The position numbers were made by a program, and so were the translations under genes. 64,000 bases of DNA. Origin: an uncultured Chloroflexia bacterium (GTDB taxonomy: Bacteria > Chloroflexota > Limnocylindria > Limnocylindrales > CSP1-4). The notes beneath the pieces are model-generated. The model was not told the DNA's origin. It saw nothing but the letters and a program-made list of their open reading frames with translations, and made no database searches. The DNA is taken from the NCBI GenBank assembly GCA_963807035.1, contig CAWEAL010000003.1, forward strand, positions 96,869-160,868, given 5' to 3'. Every line of letters starts with the position of its first letter. Position 1 is the stretch's first letter. Shown one piece after another: positions 46,886 through 56,831 of this stretch.

Positions 46886-48162
46886 CCGCGGTTCGGCCCC
46901 GCGAGGTTCACCGCCAGTCGATCCGGGTCGCTCTGGCCGCCACGCTGATCGTCGCCGTCGCCTACTTCCTCGTGTCGGTCGCCGTCGTCGCGATCGTCGA
47001 TCGCAACCTGACCGCCCAGGTCGACGCCCAGCTGGTCGACGGCCTCCAGCGATCGCTCAACCAGCCATTCCCCGGCGGCGGCGGTCACTTCGAGCCGCCC
47101 GACTCGAGCCGGCCGGGCGGCCTGCCGTTCCTGGCCTGGACCGTCCAGCCGAACGGGACGGTTTTCGCGCCGGCCTCGAACCCGAGCCTGCCGCCCGCCT
47201 ACCAGGGCGCCACGAGCCCGCAGACGGCCACGATCGGCGGGATCGACATGCGGATCGCCGGTGCCGATGTCGGCGACGACCACGTCGTCGTGGCCCAGAG
47301 CCTCGACAGTGTCAGCCAGGCCCAGTCGACCCTGATCGTGGCCGAGCTGCTGATCGCGCCGCTGCTCCTCCTGGTCGTGTTCGTGGGCGCGGTGGCGATC
47401 GGCCGGCGGGTCGCCGGCCCGATCGAGCGGGCCAGCCGGCGCCAGCTCGAGTTCACGGCCGATGCGTCCCATGAGCTGCGCACGCCGCTCTCGGTGATCG
47501 AGGCGCACACCAGCCTGGCCCTCGCCCAGGACCGAACCGCGGCCTGGTACCGGACGGCCTTCGAGCGGGTCGACCTCGAGTCGAAGCGGATGCGCCACCT
47601 CCTCGACGACCTGCTGTGGCTGGCCCGCTTCGACGCCACGAGCAGCCCTCCGAACATGGAGCCGGTCGACCTCGGCGTGCTGGCGGCCCAGACCGCCGAT
47701 CGCTTCGGGGTCGTGGCCGAGGCCCGCCACCTCGAGCTGAACGTGCGGGTCGCCGGCGACAGCCTGGTGGTCAGCGCTCCGCCCGAATGGCTCGACCGGC
47801 TCCTCGGCGTCCTCCTCGACAACGCATGCAAGTACTCGCCCGAGGGGACGGCCGTCACGGTCAGTGTCGTACCCGAGCGGACCCGGATCAGCCTGGTCGT
47901 CGACGACCATGGGCCGGGCATTCCGGACGACGAACGAGCCCGGATCTTCGATCGCTTCCATCGCGCCACGAACCAGCAGGGTGGGGCCGGCCTCGGCCTG
48001 GCGATCGCCGACGCGATCGTCCGGGCCACGAACGGCCGCTGGCGGGTCGAGACCGCTCCGGGCGGTGGTGCCCGGATGGCGGTCAGCTGGGAGCGTGCCT
48101 TCGCGGGCCGGCGCGAGGCCGCTGCCGGCCGGACCACGACGCCGGGAATGTCCCCCGACTGA
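46882..48162 (+). CDS. sensor histidine kinase (2 TM, HAMP, HisKA, HATPase)
   Basis: H-box ADASHELRTPLS. ATP-lid G boxes DDHGPGIPDDE and GGAGLGLAI. Its start overlaps the response-regulator stop. Confidence 0.9.
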   Translation: MTAVRPREVHRQSIRVALAATLIVAVAYFLVSVAVVAIVDRNLTAQVDAQLVDGLQRSLNQPFPGGGGHFEPPDSSRPGGLPFLAWTVQPNGTVFAPASNPSLPPAYQGATSPQTATIGGIDMRIAGADVGDDHVVVAQSLDSVSQAQSTLIVAELLIAPLLLLVVFVGAVAIGRRVAGPIERASRRQLEFTADASHELRTPLSVIEAHTSLALAQDRTAAWYRTAFERVDLESKRMRHLLDDLLWLARFDATSSPPNMEPVDLGVLAAQTADRFGVVAEARHLELNVRVAGDSLVVSAPPEWLDRLLGVLLDNACKYSPEGTAVTVSVVPERTRISLVVDDHGPGIPDDERARIFDRFHRATNQQGGAGLGLAIADAIVRATNGRWRVETAPGGGARMAVSWERAFAGRREAAAGRTTTPGMSPD

Positions 48163-48211
48163 CCAGGCGCGCGTAACCGTTTCGAAAGGGACGGCGGCGC
48201 AATGTGCGGGT

Positions 48212-48676
48212 ATGACAGCACATCGCCCGCTCGATCCGCTGCGAGGCCTCGGCCGCCAGGCCGGACGGTTCGCCGTCATCGGTGTCGTCAGCACGCTCGC
48301 CTACGTCGTCCTGTACGGCCTGCTCCGTTCGGTCGAGCCGGCAGCGGTCGCCAATGCCCTCGCGCTGGTGGCCACGACGATCGGCAACACGGCCGCCAAC
48401 CGGAGGCTGACCTTCGGCGTCCGCGGCCGCGGTGCACTGGTTCATGACCACCTCGCCGGCCTGGCAGCCTTCGGGGTCGCCCTGCTGATCACGACGGGAT
48501 CGATCGCGCTGCTCGATTCGGCCGTGACCCGGCCGAGCCGGCTGGCCGAGCTGGCCGTACTCGTCGCGGCCAACGCGCTCGCAACGGTCTGCCGTTTCGG
48601 CCTCCTGCGCGTGCTGATCGTCCGCAGCGGTCGCCCTGCTCGAGTCTCGATCAACCTCGAAAGGACCGTGTCATGA
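48212..48676 (+). CDS. GtrA-family membrane protein
   Basis: FAVIGVVSTLAYVVLYGLL and NRRLTF are GtrA signatures, with 4 TM helices. Confidence 0.75.
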   Translation: MTAHRPLDPLRGLGRQAGRFAVIGVVSTLAYVVLYGLLRSVEPAAVANALALVATTIGNTAANRRLTFGVRGRGALVHDHLAGLAAFGVALLITTGSIALLDSAVTRPSRLAELAVLVAANALATVCRFGLLRVLIVRSGRPARVSINLERTVS

Positions 48677-50715
48677 CCACCGTCCTGCGGCCCGGACTCG
48701 ACGCGGAACTGCCCCGGACCCGGCGCCTGCCTGCCCTCCGCAGCCTGCTCCGCGGACGAGCCGACGCCGCCGCCTGGGTGCGCCCGGCGCAGGTCGGACT
48801 GACCGCCCTGGCCGCCATGGTCTACCTCGTCAACCTGACGATCAGCGGCTACGCCAACACCTACTACTCGGCCGCCGCACTGGCCGCCTCGAAGAGCTGG
48901 TCGGCCTGGTTCTTCGGCTCGTTCGACGCCGCCAACTTCATCACCGTCGACAAGCCGCCCCTGGCGACGATGCTGATGGGCCTCTCGGTCCGCCTGTTCG
49001 GGTTGAGCTCGTGGAGCATCCTCCTGCCCGAGGCAGTGGCGGGCGTCGCCACGGTGGCGATCCTGTTCGTGGTCGTCCGCCGCTCCTTCGGCCCGGTCGC
49101 CGCGGCGATCGCCGGGCTGGTCATGGCCCTGACCCCGGTGGCCGTCCTCATCTTCCGCTACAACAACCCCGACGCCCTGCTCACTCTGCTCTTCGTCGGC
49201 GCGGCCTGGGCCGCCCTGAACGCGGTCGAGACCGGCCGCCTGCGCTGGATCGTCGCCGTCGCGATCTTGGTCGGGTTCGCCTTCAACACGAAGTACCTCC
49301 AGGGGCTCCTGGTCGTGCCGGCATTCGCCGTCACCTGGCTCGTCGCCGCGCCGGTCGGCATCCGGCGGCGCCTGGCCGGCCTCGTCGTCGCGGCGGTGGC
49401 CTTGCTGCTGGCGAGCGGCTGGTGGGTGCTGGCCGTCGAGCTCATCCCGGCCGCCGCCCGGCCGTTCATCGGTGGCAGCACGAACAACTCGGCCGTCGAG
49501 CTCCTGCTCGGCTACGACGGCCTGGCCCGGATCTTCGGCGGCAGCGCGGGCACCCCCGGCGGGGGAGGCGGCGGCTTCAGCGGCGCGACCGGCATCCTGC
49601 GCCTGTTCAACGCCGAGTTCGGCGGCGGGATCAGCTGGTTCCTTCCCTTCGCCCTGATCGCCCTCGTGTCGGGCCTGATCGTCCGCGGCCGAGCCGTCCG
49701 GACGGACCGCGCCCGGGCCGGCTACCTGATGTGGGGCCTGTGGCTGGCGGTCAACGGGATCGTCTTCAGCTTCATGTCGGGGATCATCCACAGCTACTAC
49801 GCCGTCGTTCTCGCTCCGGCGATCGCCGCTCTGGCCGGCGCCGGGGTGGTCGAGTTGTGGCACCTCCGCGAGCGGTTCCGCTTCGGCGGTGCCGTCCTGG
49901 CCGGGGCGATCCTGGTGAGCGCTGCCTGGGGCTGGCAGCTCCTCGGGCGCTCGCCCGACTTCGCGCCCGGGCTCGGGCTCGTCGTCCTGGTCGTCGGGGC
50001 GATCGCGGCCGCCGCCGTCGCCCTTCCGGCGTCGGCCGAGCTTCGCCTGACGCAGGCGCTCGCCGTCGCCCTCGGGATCGGCGTCCTGCTGGCCGGCCCC
50101 GCGGTCTACACGATCGACACGATGTCGACCGCCTACTCGAGCGGCGACCCGCACCCGGGCCCGGCGGTCGCCTCGGACACCGGCCAGGACGGCCTCGGCG
50201 GTAGCCTCCAGGGCGGTTACTCCGGCGGCACCCCGCCGGGCGGTGCCGGCTTCGGCGGCGGGACGCCACCAGGCAGCGGCTTCAGCTCCGGTTTCGGCGG
50301 CACGGTCGGAGCGGTTGGCGGCGGCCCGGGTGGCGGGCTGGGTCGCGACGTCGCCGACAGCGCCCTGGCGAGCTACCTCAGTGCCAACCAGGGCAAGGCG
50401 ACCTGGATCGTGGCGATGACCTCGGCCATGCAGGCCGGCTCGCTCGAGCTGGCGACCGGTGAGCCGGTGATGGCGATGGGTGGCTTCAGCGGCACGGATC
50501 CGGCTCCCTCGCTCGCCCAGATCCAGGCGTACGTCGCCTCGGGCCAGCTCCGCTTCGTGCTCGTCGGCGGCAACGGCGGCGGTGGCGTCGGCGGAGGCGG
50601 GTCGACCGCCTCGGCCGTAACCGCCTGGGTCACCTCGGTTGGCAAGGTCGTCGACTACGGCGGCAGCTCGGGGACCCTGTACGACCTCGCCGGTGTCGCC
50701 GCCACTGGCCCGTAG
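48673..50715 (+). CDS. glycosyltransferase family 39 (PMT/ArnT-like) membrane glycosyltransferase with Gly-rich inserts
   Basis: 680 aa, multi-TM. ..DKPPLATMLMGLSVRLFG.. is the GT39 N-terminal loop. Its start overlaps the gtrA stop. Confidence 0.85.
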   Translation: MTTVLRPGLDAELPRTRRLPALRSLLRGRADAAAWVRPAQVGLTALAAMVYLVNLTISGYANTYYSAAALAASKSWSAWFFGSFDAANFITVDKPPLATMLMGLSVRLFGLSSWSILLPEAVAGVATVAILFVVVRRSFGPVAAAIAGLVMALTPVAVLIFRYNNPDALLTLLFVGAAWAALNAVETGRLRWIVAVAILVGFAFNTKYLQGLLVVPAFAVTWLVAAPVGIRRRLAGLVVAAVALLLASGWWVLAVELIPAAARPFIGGSTNNSAVELLLGYDGLARIFGGSAGTPGGGGGGFSGATGILRLFNAEFGGGISWFLPFALIALVSGLIVRGRAVRTDRARAGYLMWGLWLAVNGIVFSFMSGIIHSYYAVVLAPAIAALAGAGVVELWHLRERFRFGGAVLAGAILVSAAWGWQLLGRSPDFAPGLGLVVLVVGAIAAAAVALPASAELRLTQALAVALGIGVLLAGPAVYTIDTMSTAYSSGDPHPGPAVASDTGQDGLGGSLQGGYSGGTPPGGAGFGGGTPPGSGFSSGFGGTVGAVGGGPGGGLGRDVADSALASYLSANQGKATWIVAMTSAMQAGSLELATGEPVMAMGGFSGTDPAPSLAQIQAYVASGQLRFVLVGGNGGGGVGGGGSTASAVTAWVTSVGKVVDYGGSSGTLYDLAGVAATGP

Positions 50716-50814
50716 GAGGCTGATCGTCATGCGCTAGCAGCTCGTCAGGACAATGTCAGTAGGCATGAAGCAAGGAAGGCAACGATGGAAACGATCAATC
50801 CCCAGGAGGCGGCC

Positions 50815-51075
50815 ATGCCTCCCCGAGCCGGCGGCCATGCCGAGCACGCCGGGCATCGCCTGTCCGGCCTCCGCAAGCTGGTCGCCATGACCCTCGTGTC
50901 GGCTGGCATGGTCGCCGTCGGCGGCGTTGCGATCGTCAATGCGGCGAGTCCGGCGCCCTCGGCATCCGGCGCGCCCGCGGCGTCCGGCGCGCCGACCCAA
51001 CCGCACGGTGGATCGTCCACCGCCACGCCGGGCTGCCCGAACAGGGGCACCGGCTCGACCGCTCCGGCGGGCTGA
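50815..51075 (+). CDS. small secreted or membrane-anchored Ala/Ser/Gly-rich protein
   Basis: AGGAGG RBS 6 nt upstream of the ATG. Signal-anchor LVAMTLVSAGMVAVGGVAIVNAA. Confidence 0.35.
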   Translation: MPPRAGGHAEHAGHRLSGLRKLVAMTLVSAGMVAVGGVAIVNAASPAPSASGAPAASGAPTQPHGGSSTATPGCPNRGTGSTAPAG

Positions 51076-51588
51076 CCCGATGCACTCGGTCCGCCCGGGA
51101 GGCCTCCGCGCCACCGGGCGGATCGAGCTGCTCCCCGGCCGAACCTGAGTCCCGACCGATCCCCGGCTCACGCTGTTCGAGCCAGGCCAGGAGGCGGACG
51201 AGATGACAGCCTCCCGTCCCGGCGGAGCCGTCCACCTTCGCCGGGTGAATGCCGATCCATGTCCATAGTTGCCCGAGCAACGAGATTTGCCGGACGGACT
51301 TCCGGCAGCCGGCCGATGTTCGTATGAATGTCGCCACCAGGCTCGGTAATGGCAGGTCCGATAGGAGGCCCCGGCCCGATGCCTGCCGGGTTACGGTGAC
51401 TCGACGAGATCGCCCGCACGGGACCGGCCGTTGGCGGCCGCCGCGCCAGCCGGCGAGCCTCCGATTTGACCAGATCGTGTCTGCTGGCAACATCTCGACG
51501 GAGCTGCCCCGACCCGGCGAGCGGGCTGCCGTCAGGCCGTTCGGGCCGGGCCGGCCGGTGAGCGTGGCGCGCCGGTTACCATGACGCG

Positions 51589-52371
51589 ATGCATTCGGTT
51601 GCGGTCGTCACGATCGTCTCGAGCTTCGTCGCATCGGCCGTCGAGTTCGTCGAGGCGGTGACGATCGTGCTGGCGGTCGGCGTCACGCGGCAGTGGCGCT
51701 CGACCCTGATCGGCGTCGGGGCCGCCGGGCTGACCCTGGCCGTGCTGGTGGCGATCTTCGGCACGGCGCTCGTCGTGTTCGTGCCGATCAGCCTGCTTCG
51801 CCTCGTGGTCGGCGGATTCCTCGTGATCTACGGCCTGCAGTGGCTGACCAAGGCGGTCCTGCGGGCGGGCGGGGCGAAGCCCAAGCACGACGAGACAGCG
51901 ATCTACGCTGGCACGGTCGCCGCCCTCGGCAGCGAGCCGCCCGTGGCGGCCACGGGCATGGACTGGATCAGCTTCACGGTCGCCTTCAAGGGCGTCCTGC
52001 TGGAGGGCCTCGAGGTCGCGTTCATTGTCGTGACCTTCGGGGCGAGCGCCGACCTGCTCGGGCCCGCCGCGATCGGGGCCGCCCTCGCCGGCGTGATCGT
52101 CGTCGCGATCGCCCTGGTCGTCCATCGACCGCTCGCCCGCGTTCCGGAGAACGCGATGAAGTTCGTCGTCGGGGTGATGCTGACCGGGTTCGGCACGTTC
52201 TGGTCGGGCGAGGGGGTCGGGATCGCCTGGCCCGGCGAAGACCTCGCGATCGTGGCCCTGCTGGCCGGGTACCTCCTCGTCGCGCTGGCCGGGGTGTGGG
52301 TCGTCCGGGCCCGCTACCGGCGGCCCGGGCAACTCGGCCTGGCGACCGGGGTCGGAGCGAGCCGGCCGTGA
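51589..52371 (+). CDS. integral membrane protein (COG4280-like)
   Basis: 260 aa with about 6 TM helices. It is preceded by a 500-bp leader region. Confidence 0.55.
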   Translation: MHSVAVVTIVSSFVASAVEFVEAVTIVLAVGVTRQWRSTLIGVGAAGLTLAVLVAIFGTALVVFVPISLLRLVVGGFLVIYGLQWLTKAVLRAGGAKPKHDETAIYAGTVAALGSEPPVAATGMDWISFTVAFKGVLLEGLEVAFIVVTFGASADLLGPAAIGAALAGVIVVAIALVVHRPLARVPENAMKFVVGVMLTGFGTFWSGEGVGIAWPGEDLAIVALLAGYLLVALAGVWVVRARYRRPGQLGLATGVGASRP

Positions 52372-52577
52372 CCCGCTATCCGCGCGCCTTCGTGGCCTTC
52401 TGGTCCGACTTCCTGATCGGCGACCGGCTCGAGCTGTTCGTCGGCCCGATCGTCGCCCTCGCCGGCGCCCGGCTGCTCGTGGTCGCTGGTTTCCCTGGGA
52501 CGGTCGTCGGCGGGCTCCTGTTCGCGGTCGTTGTCCTGATCGGGGCGTTGAGCGTCGGCCTGGCGACCCGCCGATGA
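52368..52577 (+). CDS. small membrane protein
   Basis: 69 aa. GTGA overlap with the upstream stop. 2 TM helices. Its stop overlaps the uppP start. Confidence 0.3.
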   Translation: MTRYPRAFVAFWSDFLIGDRLELFVGPIVALAGARLLVVAGFPGTVVGGLLFAVVVLIGALSVGLATRR

Positions 52578-53470
52578 ACTTCTTCCAGGCGATCGCCCTC
52601 GGCCTGATCCAGGGGGTCACCGAGCTGTTCCCGGTATCGAGCCTGGGCCACTCGGTGATCCTGCCGGCGTTCCTCGGCTGGAACGACATCGTGGCCGCCC
52701 AGGACGCGTCGGAGTCGTACTTCCTGGCCTTCCTCGTCGGCCTCCACGTAGCGACCGCGCTGGCCCTCGCCTGGTACTTCCGCGAGGATTGGCGGCGGAT
52801 CATCGGGGGCCTGTTCGTATCCCTGCGCACTCGCCGAATCGAGACGCCCGACCAGCGCCTCGGCTGGCTCCTGATCGTGGCCAGCATCCCGGCCGGGTTG
52901 CTGGGCCTCATCTTCGAGCACCAGCTTCGGGTCATCTTCGCCAAGCCACTGCTGGCCGGGGTGCTGCTGTTCATCAACGGGCTGGTCCTGCTCGCCGGCG
53001 AGCGCCTCCGGCGGCGGTCGAGCCAGCCCCCGGCGCGGCCGATCCGCCTCGGGCCATCCGCCCGCGACTCGAGCCGCGACAGCCAGCGGGCGCTCGACTC
53101 CCTCGAGTTCCGCGAGGCGGGGGCGATCGGCGTCGGCCAGGTCTTCGCCCTGCTGGCCGGGATCAGCCGATCCGGGATCACGATGGTGGCCGGCCTCGTC
53201 CGTGGCCTGGACCACGAGGATGCAGCCCGTTTCTCGTTCCTGCTCGCGACGCCGATCATCCTCGCCGCGGGCGTCTACAAGCTGCCCGACCTGCTCGGCC
53301 CGAACGGGGCCGGCGTCCAGGGCCAGGTTCTCGCCGGGAGCGTGGCAGCCGCCCTCGCCGCCTATCTGTCCGTCCGCTTCCTGAGCCGATACTTCACGAC
53401 CCGGACCCTGACCCCGTTTGCGATCTACTGCCTGATCGCCGGCCTGATCACGGTCGTCCGGTTCCACTGA
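52574..53470 (+). CDS. uppP: undecaprenyl-diphosphate phosphatase
   Basis: GVTELFPVSSLGHS and SRSGITMVAG are UppP/BacA family signatures. Confidence 0.9.
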   Translation: MNFFQAIALGLIQGVTELFPVSSLGHSVILPAFLGWNDIVAAQDASESYFLAFLVGLHVATALALAWYFREDWRRIIGGLFVSLRTRRIETPDQRLGWLLIVASIPAGLLGLIFEHQLRVIFAKPLLAGVLLFINGLVLLAGERLRRRSSQPPARPIRLGPSARDSSRDSQRALDSLEFREAGAIGVGQVFALLAGISRSGITMVAGLVRGLDHEDAARFSFLLATPIILAAGVYKLPDLLGPNGAGVQGQVLAGSVAAALAAYLSVRFLSRYFTTRTLTPFAIYCLIAGLITVVRFH

Positions 53471-53715
53471 TGGACGAGTCGCGGGCCTCTCGGCGGCCGA
53501 GCCGGCGGACGCTGGTGACCCTGGGTACCGCCGTCGTGGCGGCCCTCGTCCTGTGGCGGCTCCGCCCGGGCGAGCCGGTCCCTCTTGCGCTACCGCACTC
53601 GCCCGAGCCCGCGCCCGAGCCCGCGCCCGAGCCTCCGCCCGCGCCCGCGCCCGAGCCTCGGCCCGAGCCTCCGCCCGCGCGGGCCCGCCGACCGCCGCCC
53701 GGGCACCCGGCTTAG
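53470..53715 (+). CDS. small Pro-rich (PEPA-repeat) protein, hypothetical
   Basis: The ATG overlaps the uppP stop (TGATG). It has a TM-like segment and then (PEPAP)n, encoded by a 15-bp repeat. Confidence 0.25.
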   Translation: MDESRASRRPSRRTLVTLGTAVVAALVLWRLRPGEPVPLALPHSPEPAPEPAPEPPPAPAPEPRPEPPPARARRPPPGHPA

Positions 53716-54572
53716 CTCAGGCTGCGCAGGTCGAGCACCCGGCCCCAATGCAGCACGCGGACCGCGACCAACACGCCGAACGCCGCCAGCACGAGGATCG
53801 CCGCGGCCGCGATCGAGCCGTCGAGATCGCCGCCCTGGAACTGGCTGTAGACGACGAGCGGCAGCGTCTGCGTCCGGCCCTCGACGTTGCCCGCGAACAT
53901 GATCGTGGCCCCGAACTCGCCGAGCGAACGGGCCCAGCTCATCACCAGGCCCGCGGCCAGCGCCGAGCCCGCCAGCGGGATCGTGATCGCCCGGAAGAGC
54001 TGGAGCTCCGAGGCGCCGTCACAGCGGGCGGCATCCTCGAGGTGGCGGTCCACCGAGGCGAAGCCCAACCGGGCAGACCGGATGAAGAAGGGAGCCGAGA
54101 CGAACGTCTGGGCGAGGACGACCGCGACGGTCGTGAACGGCAGCTCGATCCCCAGGGCTGACAGCGGCCGACCGACGAGGCCCTCACGGCCGAGGGTGAG
54201 GAGCAGGGCCAGGCCCGCCACCGAAGGCGGCAGCACGATCGGGAGGTCGATGACCGCCTCGAGGATCGACCGCCCCGGGAAGCTCCGGCGGGCCAGGACG
54301 AACGCCAGGGGGAGCCCGATCAGGACCGTGATCAGCAGGCAGGCGGCCGTGCTGGCCAGGCTCAGGGCGAGGGCATCGAGGATGACCGGTTGGCCGAGGG
54401 TGGCGACGAGCGAGCCACCGAGCAGGGCCCGGCCGACGATGACGAGAACCGGCAGCCCGATCGCGCTGCCGAGGACGATGGCCAGCCCGAGCAGGCCCGC
54501 TCCGCCCGACCGCGCACTGGCGGGCGGCTGCTCGCCGGCGATTCCGGTCGGGCTCGAATCGACGCGCTCCAT
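53712..54572 (-). CDS. modB: molybdate ABC transporter permease
   Basis: Starts at MERVDSS. ..FTTVAVVLAQTFVSAPF..FRAITIPLAG.. are ModB/CysTW-type permease signatures. In the raw sequence it is fused in-frame to modA. Confidence 0.8.
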   Translation of the reverse strand: MERVDSSPTGIAGEQPPASARSGGAGLLGLAIVLGSAIGLPVLVIVGRALLGGSLVATLGQPVILDALALSLASTAACLLITVLIGLPLAFVLARRSFPGRSILEAVIDLPIVLPPSVAGLALLLTLGREGLVGRPLSALGIELPFTTVAVVLAQTFVSAPFFIRSARLGFASVDRHLEDAARCDGASELQLFRAITIPLAGSALAAGLVMSWARSLGEFGATIMFAGNVEGRTQTLPLVVYSQFQGGDLDGSIAAAAILVLAAFGVLVAVRVLHWGRVLDLRSLS

Positions 54573-54653
54573 ACCTAGAGAGTATTGATGGAGAAGCCCG
54601 CGATGTCGAGGTCTTGGTACGCCGGGTCTGGCTGGGTCGCAGAGGGCCGGCGA

Positions 54654-55472
54654 CTCAGGACGGCGGCAGGAATCGAACGAGCCGAGGATCGCCTGCCCGT
54701 CCGGCCCGGCGAGCCAGGTCAGGAAGGCCTGCGCCGCCTCACGGTTGTGCGATGCCTTGACGACGATTCCGGCGTACACAGCGGGCACGTTGGCGTCGGC
54801 GGGCACCGCGATCGCGGTCACCTGAGTCGAGGTCTTCGCATCGGTCACGTAGACGATCGCGGCGTCACCTTCGCCGAGCGCGATCTTCGAGACGACCGCC
54901 GCGACGTTGTCTTCCTTCGACGCGATGTTGGCGTCGTACTTCGTGACGAAACCGGCCGGGTAGCCCGGCTCCTTCGCCAGGTTGGCGACGAGCGTCGAGG
55001 CGTACTTCGTGATCGGCACGCTGTCGCCCGCAGCGATCACCTTCAGCCCGCTTCTGGCCAGGTCGGCCGGGGTCTGGATTCCGGCAGGGTTGGCGGCCGG
55101 CACGATCACCGTCAGCAGGTTGCCGGCGAAATCCACCGGCGCACCGTCGGCCAGGCCCTTCGTGACCAGCCTGGCCGGGTTCGATGCGTCGGCGGACAGG
55201 AGCAGGTCGGCCGGAGCGCCCTGCTCGATCTGGGTCTCGAGAGCGGAGGAGGAGTCCGTCGAGACCACGATCGTCACGCCGGCGTTGGCCGTCGTGAATG
55301 CCGTCTGAGCCCTGGTCAGGGCCGCCTTGAGCGACGCCGCGGCGTAGATCGTCAGCGATCCGCTGAGGGCTCCGGCCGACCCACCCACCCCTGGGGCGCT
55401 CGTCGCGGCCGAGGAGCAGGCGCCCAGAATCAGGGCAAGGAGCGCCATCAGCGCGGCAGAGCGGGACTTCAT
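54654..55472 (-). CDS. modA: molybdate-binding periplasmic lipoprotein (C-terminus disturbed by a 1-nt deletion near 54668)
   Basis: Lipobox LALILGACSS. LTIYAAASL and AGDSVPI are ModA motifs. A single-nt correction restores the typical ..ILGSFGFLPPS-stop ending at 54654. Confidence 0.75.
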
Positions 55473-55620
55473 CGCTTGCGTCTCCCGGATGACCGAGCCG
55501 ATACCACGCAGTATTCATCATGGTGACCGAGATGTCTAGGTCTGTGACCCCGCCGACACGAGGCCGCTTCCATCGGCTAGCCTTGGCGTGGCGCGTGCGA
55601 CATCGAGAGGGAGCACGTCA

Positions 55621-56037
55621 ATGGCCCACTCCACGCCGTCGGTCCGCGCCAACCCGAAGGCCTTCGCCGCCACTCTCGCCGTGGCCTTGGCGGCAGCCGC
55701 CGTCCTGTTCGTGTTCTTCGGCCTGGCCAGCCTGCCGGTCGGCCGGACGCCGCAGCAGGCCGCGGGATACTTCGGTATCCGGCTCATCCCGTTCGGCCTG
55801 GTCCTGATGATCATCGGCTTCGCCGAGACCCTGGCGATCGCGGTCGGCGATGCGCTGGCCGAACTACCGGCAGGCCCGGTCCGCCCGCGCGCCACCCTGG
55901 GGCTGTCGTCGCTGGCCGAGCTCCTCCGCGCAGTCACCGGCCTGTCGGCGACGCCGGCCGGGATCGGCGCGCTGATCACCCTGCTCGGCGCGTTCCTGCT
56001 CGTCGGCTCGGGTGCCGCCGCGAGCACGATCCCCTGA
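55621..56037 (+). CDS. hypothetical membrane protein (4 TM)
   Basis: ORF with hydrophobic helices. No homology recognised. Confidence 0.4.
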   Translation: MAHSTPSVRANPKAFAATLAVALAAAAVLFVFFGLASLPVGRTPQQAAGYFGIRLIPFGLVLMIIGFAETLAIAVGDALAELPAGPVRPRATLGLSSLAELLRAVTGLSATPAGIGALITLLGAFLLVGSGAAASTIP

Positions 56038-56129
56038 ACAGCGTGGCTGGCCGGGGGCGTTGCAGCCGGGGCGGCTGGGCTGTGGCCCGACAGCGCGAGG
56101 GGGGGATCGGCTGTCGGGCCGAGTGGAAT

Positions 56130-56831
56130 TCAGCGGATTGCCGCCGAACTGAATGCGGCCATGTCGAGGAACACGAAATCCGGCCGGGCATTCGCCGGCG
56201 GCGTGGCACCCGAGCCCGGCCGGCCGTGGCGGCGATCGATCCAGGCCGTCGACAGGCCGAGCGCCTTCGCCGGCACGTGGTCGTGGAAGAGGCTCTGGGC
56301 AACGTGCAGGTGGCGCTCGGCCGGTCCGCCGATCTGGCGTCTGGCCAGCTCGAAGTTGCGCGGATTCGGCTTGTAGCTGCCGAGCTGCTCGGCGGTGATC
56401 ACCCATTCGAAGTCGACCCCGAGGCGCTCGCTCGACCGGGCGAACAGGTCGGTGTCGCAGTTCGTGATCACCCCGAGCCGGAAGCGCCGGGCCAGTCGCG
56501 CGAGGGCGGCCACCGAGTCGGGGAAGGCGGGCCAGTCGCCGACGGACTCGGAGAAGCGCTCGAGCTCGGCCGGGGTCGGGTCGCAGCCGAGCCCGGCGCA
56601 CACGCCCCGGGCGCTCCGGGCGAGGACCTCCCGGTAGGGCAGGTACGGGCCCGCCTCGGCGGCCGCCTCGAACCGGGCGTAGGCCTCGAGCAGGGCATCA
56701 CCGTCGGCGCTCATCCCGTGCGCGTCGAGGATCGTTCGAAAGGCCGCCAGGATGCCGGTCTCCCAATCGATCAGCGTCCCGTAGCAGTCGAAGGTCAGGA
56801 TCTCGAACTGGCCGAGCTCGAGCGCGGTCAC
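56130..56831 (-). CDS. HAD-superfamily hydrolase, haloacid dehalogenase type II-like
   Basis: ILTFDCYGTLIDWE is HAD motif I (DxYGT), followed by ..ITNCD..SYKPNP... GTG start with GTGA overlap. Confidence 0.8.
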   Translation of the reverse strand: MTALELGQFEILTFDCYGTLIDWETGILAAFRTILDAHGMSADGDALLEAYARFEAAAEAGPYLPYREVLARSARGVCAGLGCDPTPAELERFSESVGDWPAFPDSVAALARLARRFRLGVITNCDTDLFARSSERLGVDFEWVITAEQLGSYKPNPRNFELARRQIGGPAERHLHVAQSLFHDHVPAKALGLSTAWIDRRHGRPGSGATPPANARPDFVFLDMAAFSSAAIR

